A stretch of 63,840 bases of DNA, filler included. It is 14 parts of 14 records of this genome, joined end to end, with 100 filler letters (N's around TTAATTAATTAA, not from the genome) between each part and the next. Parts side by side here need not be neighbours in the genome. Positions count along the whole stretch, not along the records: positions 1 to 4,674 come from SRR7504441_13323; positions 4,775 to 8,169 come from SRR7504441_13326; positions 8,270 to 12,479 come from SRR7504441_13336; 11 more parts are not named here. The stretch is one strand, 5' to 3'. Below, in pieces: positions 1-8,683 of this stretch. The notes under the pieces were generated by a model. The model ran no database searches. It saw only the letters and a program-made list of their open reading frames with translations, and had not been told where the DNA came from. Position 1 is the first letter of the stretch; every line of letters begins with the position of its first letter. Position numbers and translations under genes: made by a program.

Positions 1-574
1 CCTGAAGATCCCCGGGCTGAACGGTGTAAACTACAGGATGGTGCGCCGGCTGCGGGAGGGGGCGGTGAGCTGGGGGGCAGCTGAAGGATAGGCTGGATGA
101 GGAGATCAATGTGGAGAAGAGCAAGTGTGTGGTCAAGAAGAACGCGGTGCGGTCCAGGAGGGGAGGAGAGAGCTGGGATAGGTGCACGTGAAGCTGCACA
201 AGACCAAGGGCGACGAGTCGTACTCGAGCTACAAGACCTGGGTGGCTAGCTCTGTGGCCGGGCTCTGAGTGCTGAGTTCAGATGAATCTAGAGAGCAAGA
301 AGACAAAGGAGCAAGAGAAGGCGAGTTCCGAAGACCCGACTGCAGGCGCCGGATGGGGCGGGGGCGGGGGCTGACGGTGCTCCAGGGATTATGGACCTGA
401 TGAAAGACATGTACGACAGCGGTGATGACAAAATGAAGAAGGTCTGGAAGGGCTGGCCGGGCGGCGAGCTGGTGTGTCCAGGCGATCGGGGAGGCAATGC
501 TCAAGTCGAGGGATCGATCGGGTCAAGGCATGGATGGGATGGGCGACATGGCTGGCGATCTGGACGACGATTAA
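1..574 (+). CDS. CACYBP: Calcyclin-binding protein / Siah-interacting protein (CS + SGS domains), 5'-partial, 5 introns
   Basis: Removing introns 41-80, 147-181, 242-281, 346-385 (GC-AG) and 442-481 gives LKIPGLNGVNYRM-LKDRLDEEINVEKSKCVVKKNA-VHVKLHK...DPTAGIMDLMKDMYDSGDDKMKK-AIGEAMLKSR...*, matching the CS-domain end and the SGS motif; TAA at 572-574. Confidence 0.88.
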
Positions 575-998
575 CTCTCACAACTGATCGGTCGGCCCAG
601 CATGCATCGAGGTCCGAGAACCAACCAATACATGTACGAGTACATGCGAGTATAGGATTTAATTAGTTTAGGATCGAGGATGTATCGTTTTGTTGGTGAC
701 TGCATTAGAGTACCATTAGAGGACCTAAGTAAATAGTACATAATTTGCCGTCATGGCCCTCTGAATTCGATCATGTTGCACAAAACTACGTGCTCACAGT
801 AACTGTTCAAGATTGCAAGATAAAGTACATATACCAATATAGTACCTGTCCTCGTACTTCATTTTGATGTATTTCAAGTGGTTTAAGTATTTTTCGTGCT
901 GGCATGGTATAAACTAATCTATAATGAACTCAGTGCTGGACTGTGGTGAAACTAACTACGTACGCCGGTAAGTACAAGTACTACGGACCCAGCTCTTG

Positions 999-1772
999 TC
1001 AGCAGGAGCGGATCCGCTGCATTATCATTGGGGTTTGCCACGAAGGCTGTGGGGAGGGCTGCCACGAAGGCTGTGTTGCTGTCTCCTGGGGCGCATCGAC
1101 CCATCGGACTGGATATGTGCAGCTATCTATCGTCGGCTCCGGCTCCGGCTCCATAGGCATACTGGAAGCCACATGAGCCACTTGTTTCAAGGCTAGCCAA
1201 ACGTCCTGCTCCTCTGCCTTGTCGTCGTGGTTTACATTCTCCGCCTCAGCCTGCTGCAGCTCCTCCGCGGGCTCGGTTGCCTCTCCGTCCAGGTCTTGCC
1301 CGTGGTAAATCTCGCAATGAGGGTGCTCCTCGAGGTACTTATCGATGTTGAGCGCCAACGGGGCGGCCATCCCGGACAGTTTACGGTGGTTCTTCATGTC
1401 CCAGACCTTGACCCGCCGCCGCCCAAGTGGTACCCGCTCCTGGGCGGCCTGCTGCAGCTGCTCCAGAAGGACCTCACCGGTCGGATCCGGATGGCCGGCG
1501 AGTTGGGCCAGTAACGAGTCCTCGGAGATCCCGATCCGTTGACAGAGCTTTGCCCGCTTAGCCCGGACCATCTGGACACGCCGGGCCGGCCAGCGTTTGA
1601 TCCCGCATCCGCGGCAGATCCTCTTGAAGACGGTGACGCAAACCCCAAAGCTCTTGGCAACCGCTTTGAGCGGCAGGTGGAAGTGCGGCTCCAAGGTGGA
1701 ACGGTCTAGGATCATCTCGGGGCGAGCCGGGCATGTGCACTCATCCCTGCCACGCAACATTGATGCCGGCAT
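999..1772 (-). CDS. RWP-RK domain transcription factor
   Basis: LEPHFHLPLKAVAKSFGVCVTVFKRICRGCGIKRWPARR is a typical RWP-RK domain; first ATG at 1772. Confidence 0.85.
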   Translation of the reverse strand: MPASMLRGRDECTCPARPEMILDRSTLEPHFHLPLKAVAKSFGVCVTVFKRICRGCGIKRWPARRVQMVRAKRAKLCQRIGISEDSLLAQLAGHPDPTGEVLLEQLQQAAQERVPLGRRRVKVWDMKNHRKLSGMAAPLALNIDKYLEEHPHCEIYHGQDLDGEATEPAEELQQAEAENVNHDDKAEEQDVWLALKQVAHVASSMPMEPEPEPTIDSCTYPVRWVDAPQETATQPSWQPSPQPSWQTPMIMQRIRSC

Positions 1773-1937
1773 GATGAAGCGTCGCCAGCAAAATGAGCTG
1801 TCCGAGTCGTGCACGAGCGATGACAAGATGACGGACGGGTCATGGATCAGCGCGGAAGTGAGCCTGACGGCCTGATGAGCAAGGGATCATCAAAACAAAG
1901 CTACAGCCCATCCGACGCGTATAGTCCGGTGTAATCC

Positions 1938-1969
1938 GCATAAAGGCTGGTCAGCATAAAGGCTGACCA
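1938..1969. repeat. Overlapping 12-bp direct repeat and 8-bp inverted repeat upstream of the RWP-RK gene
   Basis: GCATAAAGGCTG at 1938-1949 and 1954-1965; TGGTCAGC (1948-1955) pairs with GCTGACCA (1962-1969). Confidence 0.8.
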
Positions 1970-2001
1970 ATCATGAATGCATGTATACAATATGAATTCC
2001 T

Positions 2002-4470
2002 TTATTGTGCGTTTGCGAGGAATCGCGATCGTAACGCCGTCGATAGAGACGACAAGCTCAAACTCAACGGGTGTACGGATGCGGCACGTATACTACCATC
2101 TCCAGCACTGGTTTGGGTCTTTTGCAACTCGATTCGCGCCTGAAGTTGGCCCAACTGCACATCGCGCTCAACCAGCTCAGAGATCAAGCTCTGCTCAAAT
2201 CTGCTATCCTTATAATTAGCGATCGCCTCCAAGCTGCGCAGCCGCCATCGTAGCACCGCCACGCAGCACTCGAGCACGGTCTGGGCTTGAGATCGCTTCT
2301 CCAGCTGCTCTAGCTTCATCGCAGTCAGCTTGTGCTGGCTGCTGCAAGTGGACCCAGCTTGCTCCACAGCTGGGCTCACCCGCTCGCCCTCAGCAGCCAG
2401 CGCAGCCAGGGTCCGGCAGCCCCCAGGCAGCGCTCCAAACAGCCGCCACCCAGCCTGCCCATCTTGCAGGCCCACGTCAGGCCGGCCTTCCTCTTTGGGC
2501 TGCGGGGAGCTGTCCAGTCGGTCTAGCAGGATCCCCACCAGCTCCCGCTCTCGTGCTGAAGCCTCCTGGAACGCTGCAGACAGCTCCGACAGCCGTGCGC
2601 TTGCCCGCTCATTGCTCAGCTTCAGCTGATCTTCCAGTTGCCGCTCCCTGCTGAGCGCACGCTCGAGCTCCAGCCCGGGCTGCCCGTCGCTAGCCAGCGC
2701 TGTCTCGCCCAGTCTTGAGTGCGACTCAGCCAGCTCTTTCTCGAGAGCCTGAATCCGGGCACGGTCCTCCCTCCCTCTGGCCTCCAGCTCGGCCACCCGG
2801 ACCGTCGCCTGCCGCTCACTGGCCGCCAGGCTTTGCTCAAGTTCGGCTCGCGAGCTCCGGCCGTCCTCCAGCTCCTTCTCGAGCAGGTCCACTCTCTGCG
2901 CCGCCCGGCCGTCAAGAGACCACGCCATCGCCGCGTGTGCCTCCTCGCGCTCCTTTGCCGATCCAGCCTCGCGCCCACCCTCGAGCGCCTGTGCGATCTG
3001 GCTCTGGCTCAGCCTGGCCTGCTCCAGCAGCCGCTGGACCGCCCCTATCCTATCCGGCTGCTCACTCCTGGCCTGCTCCAGCTGCTCCTCGAGATCAACC
3101 ATCGCGCCCAAGCTCATGCTCAGCGTGAGCGCTTGCTTGTGGCTCGCCCTCTCAAGCCTGTCCAGCAGCCCCGGCACTTCCCGGCTGCCAGCCTGTTGAA
3201 GCTCCTGCTCGGTCACCAACCGCTCCTCCGCCGCCCGCCGCCCCTGAAGACTTTCCTCGAGCTGCGCTTTGAGCGCAGCCAGCTCGGCCTCGCTGCTCTG
3301 CCGGATTGTGGCCAGCTCCAGCTCCAGCCCAGCCTCCCGGGCCGAATGCTTCTTCTCGGCCTGCTCCAACTCGGCCAAGTGTTCGCTCGCCGCTTGGGCG
3401 GCCGCGCTCCTCTGTAGCTTAACAGCCTGCCTGCCGGCTTGTTGAGCCTGCTCCATCGCCTGCAGCTGCTCGCATACTTGTTCCAGCCCAGCCCGCAACC
3501 CTTCCATCGCCTTGGTCTCCCCCGCCACCTCCACCGCAAGCTGCTGCATCGTATCGCACTCCCCCATCTGATCCAGCTCGTCCTCTGCAACCGCCCCGCC
3601 CGCCCGCCGCACTGCAGCCCCGACTGCCCGCCTGGCCCTGCGCAGCATCGCTACCTGCTCTCCGGCCTGGCGGAGCTGATCCCTCTGCTCGGATATCACC
3701 GGCTGGTCCGCAACCGGCGGCCTCGGCGGCGGATCGTCCGCCTGCGGGCCGGTCGGGTAGGACCCAACTCGAGAGAGCAGCTCGAGCAGGCTCTTGTGCC
3801 CCCGCTGGAGGCAGTAGTCGGCAGGTGTGGCCCCCACACAGTCTGCGGCAGCCAGCTCTGTCCCAGAATCGAGCAGCACCTCGACCGCCCCCTCGTGCCC
3901 ATGCCAGGCCGCCTGGTGCAGCGGTGTCTGCCCGCGCTGGTTGCATATCGCCGGGTCGGCCCTGCTCGAGAGCAGCAGCCCGACCAGATCCTTGCTGCCC
4001 CCAGCCGCCGCCAGCCCCAGCCCGGTCTCCCCAGCACCGTCCTGTGCGTCAGGGTCGGCCCGGGCCTCGAGCAGCTGCGCAGCCAGGTTGAGATGTCCAT
4101 TGCGGACACAGGCGTGCAGCGCGGTGCCCCCGTCCACATCTTTGGCCCCCATCGCGCAACCAGCCGCCACAAGCGCCATCGCAGTGGCCCGATGGCCGGC
4201 CCAGGCCGCCAGCAGCAGCGGGGTGAGCCCTGCGCTCGATCTGGCGTTGACCAGTGCCCCATGGGACAGCAGTGGCCCAAGCAACCCCGTCCGGCCGTGC
4301 CAGGCGGCGCTGTGCAGCGGCTGGAGCCCGGTGGACGGGTCTGGACTGTTGACGTCTGCCCCGCCCCGGAGGGCCAACTGGACCCCGAGCCCGTCCCCCT
4401 TCTCCACTGCCTCGCGGAGGACTTGAGCAGCAGCCTTCCGCATCTCCACTGGGCAACTTTCCGGGCACAT
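2002..4470 (-). CDS. Ankyrin-repeat protein with long C-terminal coiled coil
   Basis: About 6 ankyrin repeats (GLQPLHSAAWHG, GLTPLLLAAWAG, GGTALHACVRNG, GQTPLHQAAWHG) followed by an E/Q/R/L heptad-rich region; in-frame short introns are probable. Confidence 0.85.
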   Translation of the reverse strand: MCPESCPVEMRKAAAQVLREAVEKGDGLGVQLALRGGADVNSPDPSTGLQPLHSAAWHGRTGLLGPLLSHGALVNARSSAGLTPLLLAAWAGHRATAMALVAAGCAMGAKDVDGGTALHACVRNGHLNLAAQLLEARADPDAQDGAGETGLGLAAAGGSKDLVGLLLSSRADPAICNQRGQTPLHQAAWHGHEGAVEVLLDSGTELAAADCVGATPADYCLQRGHKSLLELLSRVGSYPTGPQADDPPPRPPVADQPVISEQRDQLRQAGEQVAMLRRARRAVGAAVRRAGGAVAEDELDQMGECDTMQQLAVEVAGETKAMEGLRAGLEQVCEQLQAMEQAQQAGRQAVKLQRSAAAQAASEHLAELEQAEKKHSAREAGLELELATIRQSSEAELAALKAQLEESLQGRRAAEERLVTEQELQQAGSREVPGLLDRLERASHKQALTLSMSLGAMVDLEEQLEQARSEQPDRIGAVQRLLEQARLSQSQIAQALEGGREAGSAKEREEAHAAMAWSLDGRAAQRVDLLEKELEDGRSSRAELEQSLAASERQATVRVAELEARGREDRARIQALEKELAESHSRLGETALASDGQPGLELERALSRERQLEDQLKLSNERASARLSELSAAFQEASARERELVGILLDRLDSSPQPKEEGRPDVGLQDGQAGWRLFGALPGGCRTLAALAAEGERVSPAVEQAGSTCSSQHKLTAMKLEQLEKRSQAQTVLECCVAVLRWRLRSLEAIANYKDSRFEQSLISELVERDVQLGQLQARIELQKTQTSAGDGSIRAASVHPLSLSLSSLSTALRSRFLANAQ

Positions 4471-4499
4471 CAACTCGGTTTCACCGACTCAGACTCAGA

Positions 4500-4674
4500 A
4501 TGGAGGCACCGGGAGAGGCGACGCCTGAGCGGGGCGTAGCGGGGCGCCGGTGCGCGGCCAATAGGCGGCCGGACGTGGGCGCGGGGCGACCGGGGGGGCA
4601 GGCCGAGCACCCGGATCGACCCCGACGCCCGCGACCCAGCTGCGTTTCGGGCGACTTTGGCGACTCAGCGCTCG
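4500..4674 (+). CDS. 5' fragment of an unknown gene, divergent from the ankyrin gene
   Basis: ATG at 4500 (MEAPGEATPER...) followed by a G-rich intron-like stretch ending GGGGGGCAG; cut by contig end. Confidence 0.35.
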
Positions 4675-4774
4675 NNNNNNNNNNNNNNNNNNNNNNNNNN
4701 NNNNNNNNNNNNNNNNNNTTAATTAATTAANNNNNNNNNNNNNNNNNNNNNNNNNNNNNNNNNNNNNNNNNNNN
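4675..4774. other. Artificial contig linker N44-TTAATTAATTAA-N44 (first of 13)
   Basis: Identical 100-nt spacers with stops in all six frames at 4675, 8170, 12480, 20805, 24886, 30206, 37891, 41790, 45770, 48939, 53282, 56731 and 60263. Confidence 0.98.
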
Positions 4775-4958
4775 CGAAGCTCGGAAGCGCTAGCTTGTAC
4801 GGTATGTTACCGTGTTACAATGTGTCATGCATACACGCATATGTATACATACGTACATCTATTACCTATCGATCTTAATAAGGAAGATAATAAGTACAAC
4901 CATGCACTCGCAGTTCCCCCAAGTCTCGGCAACTGAACTGCTTGGATCCCAGTCATGA

Positions 4959-6407
4959 TCACTCCCTTCTAACAAGAATAGGCGCATTGGGCTTGCCTCG
5001 TTTCCTCTTCTTCTTTGCCCCAGGCAAGTGATTCACTGGACCAGGCTTGACCGACTCTGCAAGCTTGTCCGCGGCCTTCCTCTTCTGCTTCTTCCGCGCG
5101 CCAGTGCCCTCCCCTCCCACAGGCTGTGGCGCCGGCTCAGGCAAGTCACTTCGACTCCGCTCAAAGCATGCCACAAAGAATCCGTTGGTCGCGTCCTCCA
5201 GTGGATCGGCCCGCACGCACATCTCAGCCCCTTCAAACCCCTCGCCTCGGCGTGGCCATCCATCCAGGCACCGCACGAGCCGCCAGCCAAGCTCCCCACC
5301 GTTCTCGCAAGCAGCCGCCACCACATCTTCGTTCTCGACCTTGTGGACAGAACAAGTCGAATACGACACGCGCACGCAGCGCGGGAACTTGAACGCGTGC
5401 AGGATGGCCGCCAGTTGGAACTGCGCCAGCCGCTCAAGCCGCGCTCCGTCCATCTCGGGCGCTTCGGCTACGCCCTGGTCCAGCATGCCTGAGCCGGAGC
5501 ACGAGGGGTCGAGCAGGATGTACTCGACCTGGGCGTACTTTGGCTGCATCGGGTTGACCTTGAGGAAGTCGGTGCACTCAGTCCGCACGTTGGAGGCCCC
5601 GGCCTGCCGCATCCGAGACCTGAGCAGCTCGCATCGTTTCTTGCTCAAGTCGAATGCAAAGACTCTCCCCTGCTTGCCGGCCAGCCCGGCCACGTGGCTT
5701 GTCTTGTTCCCCGGGGCCGCGCACGCATCTATCACATGGCTGCCCTCAGCTGGTTGGAGCACGTGTCCAGGGAAGCAACTGGCCTTGTCCTGCAGGATCA
5801 GCTTCCCACTACTCACAAGCGGGTGAGCATGCAAGTCCGTCCCTGGCGCAAACAGCAGCACGTCATCCAGCAGATCGTCCCGCGCGAACCGCCGCGGGCA
5901 GGCGCGGTCCACCTGGGCCGCCAGCTCGAACTGCTCCCCCTGCAGCTCTTCCACCACCTCATCCACTCCAGCCAGCAGCCGGTTCACACGCGCGTACCGG
6001 GGCCACCGGCCGGCTGCCGCCAGCTTGGGGTCGTCGAGCAGGGCCTCGGCGGTGGCCACCCCCCGCTCGCCCAGCTCGGCCGCCAGCGCATCCCGCAGCT
6101 CTGCCTCGGCCGCCAGCACCGCTCTGACCGGTTGCCCGCCGCCTCTGAGCTTGCCGGCCGGCCCTACGAGAAGCTCATACAAGAGCACCAGCAGCACCGG
6201 CTGGCTCAGCTCCGGCTGGGCGGCCGGGAGCCCGGTACGGTCGAGCACGGCCTGGAGCAGCTTGCGGTGCTTGAGCGTCTGTGCGGTGATCGCGTAGGTC
6301 GCCGGCTTGTTGTGCACCCTGGCGCCCAGGCAGGCGGTCTTGAGCCCGGCCACCCCGCGCATGCACCGGTCCAGGGCCTCAGCCGCCTGCCGGTACAGCA
6401 TGTGCAT
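4959..6407 (-). CDS. NSUN5: 25S/28S rRNA cytosine-C5 methyltransferase (NSUN5/Rcm1)
   Basis: N-terminal LYRQAA, PRYARVN, LILQDKASC, DACAAPGNKT, LLDPSCSGSG, YSTCSVHKVENE, GFFVACF and a basic C-terminal tail. Confidence 0.92.
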   Translation of the reverse strand: MHMLYRQAAEALDRCMRGVAGLKTACLGARVHNKPATYAITAQTLKHRKLLQAVLDRTGLPAAQPELSQPVLLVLLYELLVGPAGKLRGGGQPVRAVLAAEAELRDALAAELGERGVATAEALLDDPKLAAAGRWPRYARVNRLLAGVDEVVEELQGEQFELAAQVDRACPRRFARDDLLDDVLLFAPGTDLHAHPLVSSGKLILQDKASCFPGHVLQPAEGSHVIDACAAPGNKTSHVAGLAGKQGRVFAFDLSKKRCELLRSRMRQAGASNVRTECTDFLKVNPMQPKYAQVEYILLDPSCSGSGMLDQGVAEAPEMDGARLERLAQFQLAAILHAFKFPRCVRVSYSTCSVHKVENEDVVAAACENGGELGWRLVRCLDGWPRRGEGFEGAEMCVRADPLEDATNGFFVACFERSRSDLPEPAPQPVGGEGTGARKKQKRKAADKLAESVKPGPVNHLPGAKKKRKRGKPNAPILVRRE

Positions 6408-6519
6408 CGGCTTGCTCCTGGCGAGCCGACCCCGGACCCGAGGCTGCTGACTCAGCCGAGCGCGCCGACACTCGCGAAAAGTTGGCACGCGCTTGCTCCA
6501 GAGGGACGCGCCGCCGGTG

Positions 6520-7884
6520 ATGGCCGACCGGTCGGTGGGGGTGGAGCTGGAGCAGCTACACAGCTCGGGCCCGCCGGCGCCCCGGCCATGCCCGGCCTGG
6601 ATCTACCCATCCGCTGCGCTGGACGGCCTAGCAGTCTCCCTCCCGCTGGGCACGGTCCCCGGGTGGCTCTCCACCCACTACAGCGGCGGAGCCTTCCTGG
6701 CGCTCGGGGCGGCCGCCTCGGTGCGTGGGCTGTGCGCCTTCTTCTCGGTCCCTCTGATCGGGCGCGCGAGTGACCTGCACGGCTACCGCAGGCCTTTCCT
6801 CCGGCTTACAGTCCTGCTGAGCGGGCTCCCGTGCATCGCGGCCGCGGTGGTCTGCCACCCGCTGAGTTACTTGGTAGTATACGCGCTGGCCGGGACCGGG
6901 CTCGGCACGCTGGCGCTGGCTTCAGCATGGCTAGTCGATCAGGTCGAGCCATGCTATATCACCAGGGAGTTCGGGCGTGTGATAGCAGTCTACGGCGGGG
7001 CTTTTGGGGTAGGCCCAGTGCTGGGGTTGGGGCTGGCGGCCGGACTGGGCACCCGCGCGGTGTTCATCGCCAGCGCGGGCACGGTCGGTTTAAACCTGGC
7101 GCTGTTGGGCCTGCTGCCTGAGAAAAAGCTGCCGAGCTCCGCAGCGGTAGTAGAGCAGGAGGCGCGGAGTTTTTGCACCTGGAGCACCCCAGTACGCGAC
7201 CTTGGGCTGAGAGGGCTCATGCTCACCTGCTTCTTCAACAATCTGTCGGAGCAGTGCTTGCTGCAACTGGCCCTGCTTTACCTGGCCCACCAGCTAGAGT
7301 TTAACGATATCGAGATCGGAGCATTTGTGCTGGAGATCGCCACCGTGACTGCCTTGGCGCTGCTTGTAGTGTTGTCGCTTCTACAGCGGCTGATCGGCGA
7401 GTTGTATACGCTACGGGTGGCTCTACTGGCCAACATGCTAGCAACTGGGCTGCTAAGCGTAGCAACAGCTCCTTGGCATGTGTACGCGCTGATCAGCCTG
7501 CTGCTGGTAGCCACGCTGGTAGCCCCGTGCTTGAGCGCCATCTGCTCCAAGGTGTGCGTGCAGCGGGAGCACGGGCACGCGCTGGGCGAGGTGATGGCCG
7601 TGCTGCAGGCGCTGAGGTCGGTCACTGAAGGGCTGGCTCCAGTGCTGTTCGGGCTATGGCTGAGCCACAGTCAAGGCACTCGATGGCCGGGGGCGCCCTT
7701 CCTCGGGGCGTCGGGCTGTGTGCTGGTGGCGGCGCTGGTCAGTTGGTTTGGGGTGGATCAAGAGGTGCTGGCAACCACCCGGCGGGGCAGTTGGGTGGAT
7801 GATGAGAGCTTAGAGACTGATGGGGCGGATGGGATCGAGCTCGACTCTGAGGTTGCAGAGCTCGAGCCGCACTCCCGGCTATAG
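6520..7884 (+). CDS. Major facilitator superfamily transporter, MFSD14/HIAT1 (TetA-like) type
   Basis: About 12 hydrophobic segments; PLIGRASDLHGYRRPFL (MFS motif A), GFGVGP-like motif C and PGAPFL near the C-terminus. Confidence 0.85.
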   Translation: MADRSVGVELEQLHSSGPPAPRPCPAWIYPSAALDGLAVSLPLGTVPGWLSTHYSGGAFLALGAAASVRGLCAFFSVPLIGRASDLHGYRRPFLRLTVLLSGLPCIAAAVVCHPLSYLVVYALAGTGLGTLALASAWLVDQVEPCYITREFGRVIAVYGGAFGVGPVLGLGLAAGLGTRAVFIASAGTVGLNLALLGLLPEKKLPSSAAVVEQEARSFCTWSTPVRDLGLRGLMLTCFFNNLSEQCLLQLALLYLAHQLEFNDIEIGAFVLEIATVTALALLVVLSLLQRLIGELYTLRVALLANMLATGLLSVATAPWHVYALISLLLVATLVAPCLSAICSKVCVQREHGHALGEVMAVLQALRSVTEGLAPVLFGLWLSHSQGTRWPGAPFLGASGCVLVAALVSWFGVDQEVLATTRRGSWVDDESLETDGADGIELDSEVAELEPHSRL

Positions 7885-8683
7885 TAATTAATTAAGGGTA
7901 GAATGCAAACTCAAGATTGTGATTGTTGACGTATAATTATGAAGGGAACACTTATTCATGCATTTCAAGTACTTGTTAAGTACTTGTAGAATATCATCAA
8001 GTAGAATAATCAATTGATCACAATTACGCGGTAGATGTACGAATACTAATACCACTCGTACGCAGTACGTATACTCGTATCATTGAGCATTTCTGCATGA
8101 GTACTTGTACATCTTCTCTCAGAGATTGTTTTAGATTTGGTACACAATCAGGTAGGAAGGTATTGCAGCNNNNNNNNNNNNNNNNNNNNNNNNNNNNNNN
8201 NNNNNNNNNNNNNTTAATTAATTAANNNNNNNNNNNNNNNNNNNNNNNNNNNNNNNNNNNNNNNNNNNNATATTAGGAGATAGTATAATTTGGCTAGGGA
8301 AAAATCCTTGAAGGATTAATAAACCCTACTACTACTACTACTCGTACCTTAGTTTGATCTATGTGCTTATCCCGGTCGGGATTAGATTTAACTGATTAGA
8401 TAACTAATTATCGTTTACATGTACTCTAGGTTGCACGTCACTAGCACGTCACGCTGCACTTGGATTACGAGGTTAAAAATCGTTTAATTAAGTCAACACC
8501 ACGACTACACTACGACCCATACGGCCGCATTAACAGCCGCATTGTGATCATGAAACAACTTTTGGAAGATGTTGACCCCAAAATGATGATTAATTCAGAA
8601 CAACTGCATGCACTCGCCAGAACATCGATCAATGCTTGTGACTGTGGGCACTAGACACCTCTCGCCTTGCCTGTCGCCAAGCC

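Noticed and set aside
1036-1075. Direct repeat GCCACGAAGGCTGTG
   Set aside because: Short coding duplication (QPSWQ twice) in the disordered tail of the RWP-RK protein
4675-4774. TTAATTAATTAA within N runs recurring 13 times, resembling a repeat family or CRISPR
   Set aside because: Fixed 100-nt artificial scaffold linker; ORFs ending in XXXLIN and any cross-linker gene clustering are artefacts
8460-8654. 64-aa ORF and nearby (CTA)n run in AT-rich DNA
   Set aside because: TTG start, no motifs, and it lies in the 3' flank of eIF4G
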